Source of the DNA: Cellulophaga phage phi12a:1
DNA length: 6,478 bases
Reading direction: 5' to 3' (one strand)
NCBI RefSeq assembly: GCF_000910495.1
Contig: NC_021805.1
The notes beneath the pieces are model-generated. The model was not told where the DNA came from, searched no databases, and saw nothing but the letters and a program-made list of their open reading frames with translations. The first letter of the stretch is position 1. The number at the start of each line of letters is the position of its first letter. The position numbers and the translations under genes were made by a program. Positions 1 through 5,680 of this stretch are shown one piece after another.

Positions 1-82
1 CTTTTTTTAAACTTTTCTCGCTATGTCAATGAAGTAATCTTGCGTAGCAAATCAAAACAAATTAATTATAAAATTATTCAAC

Positions 83-205
83 ATGAAATTATCGGAAAAA
101 ATATTTAACGCTCTTTGTTATGCTCTTAAAATGCAATTATTAATTAATGCCTTAATCCTCTTTGTTTTGTTCGTGTGGGGTGTTGTATTAATCATTAAAG
201 GGTAG
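83..205 (+). CDS. Small single-pass membrane protein (40 aa, MKLSEKIFNALCYALKMQLLINALILFVLFVWGVVLIIKG); not in ORF track
   Basis: Manually translated: ATG at 83 after AT-rich leader (ATAAAATTATTCAAC), TAG at 203-205, 5 nt before the rep ATG; about 20-residue hydrophobic C-terminal stretch. Confidence 0.7.
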   Translation: MKLSEKIFNALCYALKMQLLINALILFVLFVWGVVLIIKG

Positions 206-210
206 TTAAA

Positions 211-1347
211 ATGTTTAAAGAAGCAATAAAAAACGCAAACGTCCCCATACAGTATAACGGGGACTTACTCGACAATAAATTGATGTTTGTAACGGATTAT
301 ATGATTTTAAGCCTTAAGGGTATACCTATTGTACAGGATACAAACGGCTTAAAATTTTCACCTAGGGACTACGGTACAGCAATTTTTAAAGACGTACTCG
401 ATGTAACCATAGACGGTAACATATTCGGAACTATTTCGTGCTCACCTCGCTCACCTATTGTACCGTTTGATACTGTACATTTTAAGCTAGAAAATAGTTT
501 GTTTTATACTAAACCAGGTTTCCAATTATTACACTATTGTAATAGACTTTTAAACACCCTACAAATTGAATTTAAAGGTGTTAATCGCTTAGATTTGGCG
601 GTCGATTATACTGACACAAGTATAACTAAAAACGTTTTAACGTGTCTTACTTCTAAATCGTTTCGTATGTCTGGGCGTAAAAAGGAAGTGAAGTTTTTCT
701 CCGTGACCGACACGGGTTATATTGATTTTCAAGGGGTTCAAATTGGTAAGCGTACCTCAAGCCGTTTTTGTAGAATATATAATAAAACGTTGGAAATGAA
801 TACCCAGAAAATGAAACCGTATATTGCTAATGCTTGGCGCTCTCATGGTATGCAAGGTGAAATTTGGCGTTTTGAATATCAATTAAATTCTAAGTTTATG
901 AGTGAAATTAAAGGTTTAACACTCAATAATTTGTTTCAAAAGGATTTCCTTATTAGCTTGTTAGAAATGGCACGCAAAAACCATTTTGAAATAAAATTCA
1001 ATACAAACAAAAGTGAAATTAATAAAGAAAAAACCTTCGATTTTATGCCTATGTCAATTATTAGGGAATTGGCAAAAATTCCGTTTTTGTATGTTGAAAA
1101 AATTAAACGTTGTATTTCCGAGTCCTTAATTGGGCAGAAGCGACTTATAAAAGGCTTAATGCGTGGCTATGCTTCAACGGCGCAGAATATTAAATATTTA
1201 TCCCCTTTAAAACAGATATTAAACGACTTTGTTCTGTCCGAGTGGTTTTTTCAAAAGGTGGGTTATTATTTTGATGAGTTTAAAAAACAACAGCTTTCTA
1301 AAAATCTTTCATTTACTTTATTTACTAAACATTTTAGGGAATTATGA
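211..1347 (+). CDS. rep: Rolling-circle replication initiator, Rep_trans family (pT181 RepC/RepD-like, non-HUH)
   Basis: Family motifs in the expected order: NRLDLAVD, IGKRTSSRFCRIYNKTLE (candidate catalytic Tyr190; pT181 RepC uses Tyr191 in RIYNK) and WRFEYQL. Confidence 0.92.
   Translation: MFKEAIKNANVPIQYNGDLLDNKLMFVTDYMILSLKGIPIVQDTNGLKFSPRDYGTAIFKDVLDVTIDGNIFGTISCSPRSPIVPFDTVHFKLENSLFYTKPGFQLLHYCNRLLNTLQIEFKGVNRLDLAVDYTDTSITKNVLTCLTSKSFRMSGRKKEVKFFSVTDTGYIDFQGVQIGKRTSSRFCRIYNKTLEMNTQKMKPYIANAWRSHGMQGEIWRFEYQLNSKFMSEIKGLTLNNLFQKDFLISLLEMARKNHFEIKFNTNKSEINKEKTFDFMPMSIIRELAKIPFLYVEKIKRCISESLIGQKRLIKGLMRGYASTAQNIKYLSPLKQILNDFVLSEWFFQKVGYYFDEFKKQQLSKNLSFTLFTKHFREL
241..264 (+). other. GC-rich hairpin in the 5' end of rep; candidate double-strand origin/nick site
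   Basis: GTCCCC-ATACAGTATAAC-GGGGAC: perfect 6-bp stem with 12-nt loop. pT181-family origins lie within the 5' rep coding region. Function is inference. Confidence 0.35.
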
Positions 1348-1565
1348 GAATAACAAACAAACAACTAGCCGTTTATATTGGAGTATCTGAAAGGGTGGTA
1401 AAAAGGCATAGGCTGTACTATATTAGTTGTTTACAGCTTAAACGTAATTATCTTACTTTATATGATATAAGTCGTTTAGACGGTGTTCCTGTGGTTGTGG
1501 TGGCTCGTATAATGGGGTTTCCCAATTCAATTATCAATAAAATATCGGAAGATAACGGAAGATAA
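1344..1565 (+). CDS. Small helix-turn-helix DNA-binding protein (73 aa), probable transcription regulator
   Basis: TNKQLAVYIGVSERVVKRH fits the HTH pattern (LA..xGVSERxV.R). A second HTH-like segment is TLYDISRLDGVPVVVVARIM. ATGA overlap with the rep stop indicates translational coupling. Confidence 0.75.
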   Translation: MRITNKQLAVYIGVSERVVKRHRLYYISCLQLKRNYLTLYDISRLDGVPVVVVARIMGFPNSIINKISEDNGR

Positions 1566-1588
1566 CGGAAGATTTAAGCGTTTAAGGG
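1546..1588 (+). repeat. Three tandem 10-bp units CGGAAGAT(AA/AA/TT), followed by two 8-bp units TTTAAG(C/G)G
   Basis: 1546-1555 CGGAAGATAA, 1556-1565 CGGAAGATAA, 1566-1575 CGGAAGATTT; 1573-1580 TTTAAGCG, 1581-1588 TTTAAGGG. Confidence 0.9.
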
Positions 1589-1620
1589 AGTTTTCACCGT
1601 TTTACTCAAGAAATCTGTTT

Positions 1621-1628
1621 TATATTTG
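1621..1628 (+). promoter_or_regulatory. Bacteroidota sigma-A promoter -7 element (TAnnTTTG) for the structural operon
   Basis: TATATTTG is an exact consensus match, intergenic, 35 nt before the ATG at 1664. No TTG at the canonical -33 spacing. Confidence 0.75.
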
Positions 1629-1663
1629 CATCTTAATTAATATAAACCTAAAATTTATTTAAA

Positions 1664-2389
1664 ATGTTGGTGTACAATGAAACGGGTAAAACCAAGTCCG
1701 GTGAGTTAAGAATTACTCGCCCTATCTCAAGCTTACTAATTAGAACTTCAAAGAAGCTATCTGAATTAGCGAATGAGAAAATTACAATTTTTATTGAAAA
1801 GGCGAACGGGAACAACGTGGAAATCGCTACAAATATTAGCTTAGTTGCTTTTATGATGGGTGGTACTTACGGGGAGTCTGGAACTTTTCAAATGCAATTA
1901 GATGGTAGTGTCGTAAATACTGCTATGGTTGAATTATCTGAAACGGGTAGTGTTCTATTAGGTGAGAACGAAAGTATTAAAATACTTTTAACTGACTTAA
2001 CAAGTACAGCTACTTACGCTATTAACGGAATGGAGTCACCTATTAAGGGTAGTGATATTGTGAAATACGAGCGTAAGGTAGTATTGACGGAAGACGTTCA
2101 AAGAAAGTATGACGTATCTAGTCATGAGTTAATGATTCTTGACGGTGTTTCCCATATTGACCAAGCGCACATTACGTATAACAATGGTGAAACTATTAAA
2201 TTAACTAGTGATGAAATTAAAGCGGTTGCTTTAGATGTAGACGTATTAACATCTATAGAAAGTGGCGCAGTTGTTACTTATGTTAATGATATAATTGTGT
2301 TCCCGTTGGTTGGTGTGGATGCTATTGAGTTATTTAAATCAAATGGATTAATAACATTGACGTTGAAAGACGCAAACTTAAATTACTAA
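1664..2389 (+). CDS. Probable major capsid protein (241 aa, beta-rich, candidate compact double jelly-roll)
   Basis: First gene after a promoter, strong AT-rich leader, soluble, alternating hydrophobic/polar beta-strand pattern throughout (ELRITRP, KITIFIEK, SIKILLTD, TYAINGME, ITLTLKD), no TM. It is far too short for a Microviridae F protein and similar in size to small PM2-type capsids. Fold is inferred. Confidence 0.65.
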   Translation: MLVYNETGKTKSGELRITRPISSLLIRTSKKLSELANEKITIFIEKANGNNVEIATNISLVAFMMGGTYGESGTFQMQLDGSVVNTAMVELSETGSVLLGENESIKILLTDLTSTATYAINGMESPIKGSDIVKYERKVVLTEDVQRKYDVSSHELMILDGVSHIDQAHITYNNGETIKLTSDEIKAVALDVDVLTSIESGAVVTYVNDIIVFPLVGVDAIELFKSNGLITLTLKDANLNY

Positions 2390-2393
2390 GGTT

Positions 2394-2816
2394 ATGGGAT
2401 TTTTCAAAAATATTTTTAAGAAGAAAAAAGGTGGTACATTTTTAGGAAATATGATTCGTGGCGTATCTTCGTCTGCTACGGGTGGTATCTTAGGAAGTGG
2501 TGCAGGTCTTGCAAAGTGGGAAGCGGAACAGGCTCAAAAGGAACAAGATGCAATGGTAGCGCAACAGGTTCAAAATTCTAGTGCGTACAAAGTGGGTACT
2601 GCTGTCGGTTTACAGGCTAAACCATACGTTGATGCTGTGAAAAACTCGGATGAGGTCGCAGATGCTAAAAAATCAATGATTTTGGACTGGTTGAAAACAA
2701 ACTGGATTAAGTTATTAATACCTATTGTATTGTTGACTTTGTTAGTTGTATGGTTAATCAGACGTAACAAAAATGGTAATCAATCAGGCGGTACACGCTA
2801 CAAAAAAGCTAAATAA
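2394..2816 (+). CDS. Probable virion membrane protein (140 aa) with basic amphipathic/Gly-rich N-terminus and C-terminal TM helix
   Basis: MGFFKNIFKKKKGG...GGILGSGAG N-terminus, Q/A-rich helical middle, TM LLIPIVLLTLLVVWLI followed by RRNK; 4 nt after the capsid stop. Confidence 0.7.
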   Translation: MGFFKNIFKKKKGGTFLGNMIRGVSSSATGGILGSGAGLAKWEAEQAQKEQDAMVAQQVQNSSAYKVGTAVGLQAKPYVDAVKNSDEVADAKKSMILDWLKTNWIKLLIPIVLLTLLVVWLIRRNKNGNQSGGTRYKKAK

Positions 2817-2817
2817 T

Positions 2818-3261
2818 ATGTCAAATAGAAATTATAACAATTCGAACCGTCAAGGCGGTTCGAATTATTCTCAAAATCAGAATAACAATCAACCGCAATT
2901 TAAAAAATCGGGTGTTGTTTATAGTCCAATTAAAGGGCGTGAAGGGCTTTATATGGTTAATGCTTGGAACGCTTCAAAAAAAGGTTTAGTGCTTGCTAAG
3001 TGCTTTCCGTATCATGCTACTACAGATAAAAGTGGGGCTATATTGGTCGTGACTTCTGCAAAGAATAACACCTATATAAAAATGATGTGTGAAATTACTT
3101 ATCGTAAAACGGGTATCACTCGCTTACTGCCTTGCCTTATGAATATTGAGACGCAAGTTATTGCCTTAAGTGAACTAGGTATGGTTATCAGTCCAAACGG
3201 ACACGGTAAAACTAGAAACGGTAAAACGGCTAAGGGTTACTTCGGTACTTTCACAGGTTAA
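2818..3261 (+). CDS. Basic protein (147 aa from the preferred start at 2818) with N/Q-rich low-complexity N-terminus; possible ssDNA-binding/packaging protein
   Basis: ATG at 2818 follows the upstream stop (TAA-T-ATG), more plausible than the track start at 2773. Lys-rich beta-like body. Function is a guess. Confidence 0.6.
   Translation: MSNRNYNNSNRQGGSNYSQNQNNNQPQFKKSGVVYSPIKGREGLYMVNAWNASKKGLVLAKCFPYHATTDKSGAILVVTSAKNNTYIKMMCEITYRKTGITRLLPCLMNIETQVIALSELGMVISPNGHGKTRNGKTAKGYFGTFTG
2839..2866. repeat. Perfect 11-bp inverted repeat with 6-nt loop
   Basis: AATTCGAACCG-TCAAGG-CGGTTCGAATT. Confidence 0.9.
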
Positions 3262-3307
3262 AATAAAAGTTAAATAGGATCGGGCTTTTGCCTTTAAAAC
3301 AATAATT

Positions 3308-3466
3308 ATGAAAATAGTTGGTATCATTACAAAGTATATTGCATTTGCAATAAAATACGCGGGCATAGTGCTCGTTGTTGTGGAAATCTTAGCATTTGCG
3401 CAAACTAAGTTAGAACAGTTTAACACAAAAACCGTAAAGGATGAAAGCGACGTTAACAAAGCTTAA
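3308..3466 (+). CDS. Small membrane protein (52 aa, MKIVGIITKYIAFAIKYAGIVLVVVEILAFAQTKLEQFNTKTVKDESDVNKA); holin-like or virion membrane protein; not in ORF track
   Basis: Manually translated: AT-rich leader AAAACAATAATT-ATG, hydrophobic N-half, charged C-tail. It fills the + strand gap and overlaps the hydrolase start by 26 nt. Confidence 0.75.
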   Translation: MKIVGIITKYIAFAIKYAGIVLVVVEILAFAQTKLEQFNTKTVKDESDVNKA

Positions 3467-4001
3467 GATTTGGGTGTTGATTTGGTGGTATAAAAACCTT
3501 AACGGATATGGTAACATCTCCGTTAAATTACTGTACAGTCAAGCATGGCACGAAACGGGGAATTTCAAAAGTGCAGTATATGAAGAAAATAAAAACCTCT
3601 TTGGGATGCGTCACCCGTCGAAACGTAAAACGTTATCGCTTGGCTCAAATTTATCTCACGCTAGGTATAAAAATCATAAAGATTCTATTATCGATTATTT
3701 CTATAGGCAGCAAAATTTTAGAATTGCTAACGTTAGTGATGAACAATATATGGAAGCAACCGTGAAAAGTAATTATGCGGAAGACAAAAATTATTATGCA
3801 AAGTGGAAGGCAATTTATTTAAAGATGAAACTTCCCGTTGATAACAAGCTTTTGTATATGGTTGGGCTTTTTTTTTTGGTGGTCATAGTCTATAAGTTTA
3901 TACGTTCTAGGGATTGGTCGACCAAAACAGACCGCAAAAAAGATAATAAACAACAAACAATTAACATAAATACACATGGTAAAGTTTATGCAACTAAGTA
4001 A
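3441..4001 (+). CDS. Peptidoglycan hydrolase, GH73 glucosaminidase/FlgJ-like, with C-terminal membrane anchor
   Basis: SQAWHETG (catalytic Glu38 position, cf. AQAxLESG), KNLFGM (NNLFGI motif), YAEDKNY (YATDxxY motif); TM LLYMVGLFFLVVIVYKFI at about aa 137-154. Confidence 0.88.
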   Translation: MKATLTKLKIWVLIWWYKNLNGYGNISVKLLYSQAWHETGNFKSAVYEENKNLFGMRHPSKRKTLSLGSNLSHARYKNHKDSIIDYFYRQQNFRIANVSDEQYMEATVKSNYAEDKNYYAKWKAIYLKMKLPVDNKLLYMVGLFFLVVIVYKFIRSRDWSTKTDRKKDNKQQTININTHGKVYATK

Positions 4002-4392
4002 AAAATATTGGTATGTCTTAGTAATACTAGCGGCTTTAATTGCCTTTTGGATTTATAAAATATTCAAAAAAAAACCAACTTCGCAAACTGAAGCGAGTGA
4101 CAAAATCTTGATAAAGGAAGGGGTTACATTTAATGACCAAGCAAAGAGGGATTTAAATAATACAGCGATTCAAATCGCACAGCATTTAGGTACTTCTTTC
4201 CCATGGTACGACCCTCGGTCGTGGTCTGAAAACGACCAAGATTTATTTAAAATAATTTTGCCTTTATCTCAAAAGGAATTTGATTTAGTAGCTAAATTGT
4301 ATTTTGGAGTTTATGCAAAGGGTAGGGATTTACGTGTTGACCTTGCTAATCTTTTAGATGCAAAGTACTATGAACAATTAAACGTTAAGTAG
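3976..4392 (+). CDS. Membrane protein with N-terminal TM anchor and helical soluble domain; probable virion component (alternative start 3988)
   Basis: KKYWYVLVILAALIAFWIYKIFKKK TM flanked by lysines; overlaps both neighbours. Confidence 0.7.
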   Translation: MVKFMQLSKKYWYVLVILAALIAFWIYKIFKKKPTSQTEASDKILIKEGVTFNDQAKRDLNNTAIQIAQHLGTSFPWYDPRSWSENDQDLFKIILPLSQKEFDLVAKLYFGVYAKGRDLRVDLANLLDAKYYEQLNVK

Positions 4393-5060
4393 TGGTAGTC
4401 GGTTATTTTATAGGTGTGAACAGGGATTTCAAATTAATTGAAATCCCCGTTCTATTTGAAAATGAGATTTTCAGCACTAAAGAGTTTTTTGAAGACGTTC
4501 TTTTGTTTGATTTGTTTATCAATCAACAGCGTTATTTTTACAGGGGTTTCAATGCGGCTGAAACTCACGCATTTAACAATACGTTGAGTGTAGAGCTTAT
4601 TCAAGAGCGTTATTTTCGTTCGGAGGGGCAAAAATTAGAGTTTAACATGGAGTATATTTTTAGGCTTTCGTGTTGTGATTTTACAAGTCGTATTCCTTCA
4701 CGTTCTGAGTTGGCTCTTCCTGACTACGACCCTCTTTTTACTTTTAATGTTGTAAATGGTCCAAATTCTAACTATCCGTTGCATAATTTTGCTTATGGTC
4801 TTTATAGTACGGGTGGTCAATTTATACCTACTATAATAGAAGATTTTAAGGCTGACACCAATACGGTTGTTTGGCAGTATCGATTAAGTGATGTGGTAGG
4901 TAAAGAGATTGCTTTTATTGCTTTTGACCCTAACGGTAGTAACGTTTTTACTTTGGAAGTTGATGGAGTGCAGTATGCTCAAGAGGGTTATATATATGTA
5001 TTTGGTTCGCAAAGTGCGGACGTTGTAAAAACTGTAATTATTAATCAAACTTTGCAGTAA
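4392..5060 (+). CDS. Acidic, aromatic-rich protein (222 aa); candidate vertex/spike/receptor-binding protein
   Basis: GTG start overlapping the upstream stop (TAGTG), long ORF, beta-rich C-terminal half, last gene of the structural block. Function is inferred from position only. Confidence 0.5.
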   Translation: MVVGYFIGVNRDFKLIEIPVLFENEIFSTKEFFEDVLLFDLFINQQRYFYRGFNAAETHAFNNTLSVELIQERYFRSEGQKLEFNMEYIFRLSCCDFTSRIPSRSELALPDYDPLFTFNVVNGPNSNYPLHNFAYGLYSTGGQFIPTIIEDFKADTNTVVWQYRLSDVVGKEIAFIAFDPNGSNVFTLEVDGVQYAQEGYIYVFGSQSADVVKTVIINQTLQ

Positions 5061-5070
5061 AATACATAAC

Positions 5071-5116
5071 TGTTAAAATATAGTGCAATACATCGAATAA
5101 TTGCAATTTTATAACA
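5071..5116 (+). terminator. Imperfect hairpin after the structural operon; possible weak terminator or operator
   Basis: TGCAAT(5084-5089)/ATTGCA(5100-5105) stem followed by ATTTT; outer arms TGTTAAAAT/ATTTTATAACA; contains palindrome AATTGCAATT (5099-5108). Confidence 0.3.
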
Positions 5117-5135
5117 TACATTTTGTAAAGATAGT

Positions 5136-5143
5136 TATATTTG
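5136..5143 (+). promoter_or_regulatory. Bacteroidota -7 promoter element (TATATTTG) for the third module
   Basis: Exact TAnnTTTG match, identical to the element at 1621, in the large intergenic region. Confidence 0.65.
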
Positions 5144-5160
5144 TAATGGCTACAGTTGTC

Positions 5161-5284
5161 GTTTGAATTTACATACTATAGATTATAGTACAATTCACAA
5201 CAATGATGAGTCATAAAAACCCCGTATTGGGGTTATGTCTAACTGAGTTACAAGGGGGCTTTGAGTTTTTAACCCTTCGCCCCT
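5161..5284. other. Cluster of hairpins in the major non-coding region; candidate replication origin or structured leader
   Basis: TGAATT..TACTATA-GAT-TATAGTA..AATTCA (5164-5197); AACCCC-GTATT-GGGGTT (5218-5234); TAACT-G-AGTTA (5240-5250); AAGGG/CCCTT or GGGGC/GCCCC (5252-5283). Confidence 0.6.
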
Positions 5285-5308
5285 AGTAGCTATCTTATAA
5301 TCAATAGT

Positions 5309-5680
5309 ATGAATGCTGAATTAAAAAATGGTACTAGTCAAAGAAGTCTAGTAAAAATCGTCAAAACTTCAAAGAAGCTACCGTTAACGAAACAAAACAT
5401 TGTTTTATTGCGTAATAACGGGATTGACTGTGCGGCTCTTCAACGCACTTTTTCAAGATTTTACTCTACACGCCGTGTAGGTCAACTCTTATTTCTAAAA
5501 TCAACTATTTTAATAGAATCTACAGGTAAGCCGCACAAGGAAATTACGATAGATTGTTCGAGATGGTCTTTTGAGCATCGTGTAACTGTTATTTCGAATG
5601 ACTCTCAAAATGAATTTTATTTTGTTGTTGATGGTGCTCGAGATTTATGTATAAAACTTTTTAATCATAAATTACTTTAA
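5309..5680 (+). CDS. Hypothetical protein (123 aa)
   Basis: ATG with AT-rich leader, first ORF after the intergenic region; no recognisable motif. Confidence 0.7.
   Translation: MNAELKNGTSQRSLVKIVKTSKKLPLTKQNIVLLRNNGIDCAALQRTFSRFYSTRRVGQLLFLKSTILIESTGKPHKEITIDCSRWSFEHRVTVISNDSQNEFYFVVDGARDLCIKLFNHKLL

Noticed and set aside
440-456. Direct repeat GCTCACCT x2 in rep
   Set aside because: Explained by the Ser-Pro-Arg-Ser-Pro coding repeat; too short to be significant.
1546-1575. Repeats as a CRISPR or mini-array
   Set aside because: Units are 10 bp and contiguous with no spacers; no cas genes.
2570-2770. Minus-strand 66-aa ORF
   Set aside because: Antisense shadow of a well-formed + strand membrane protein gene; no motif or promoter.
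2773-2817. Track start for the 162-aa ORF
   Set aside because: Would overlap the upstream gene by 44 nt; ATG at 2818 directly after the stop is more plausible.
3190-3213. Walker A-like SPNGHGKT suggesting a packaging ATPase
   Set aside because: Only 15 residues follow before the stop, leaving no room for Walker B or a P-loop fold; part of a local GKT-x-x-GKT duplication.
3282-3295. GGGC-TTTT-GCCT-TT mini hairpin as terminator
   Set aside because: Stem of only 3-4 bp and short T tail; at most a weak attenuator.
3175-3459. Minus-strand 94-aa hydrophobic ORF
   Set aside because: Overlaps the better-supported + strand ORF 3308..3466 and both neighbours; all credible genes are on +.
4066-4074. 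A9 tract after the TM of ORF 3976
   Set aside because: Explained by Lys-Lys-Lys after a TM helix; slippage would yield only short truncated peptides.
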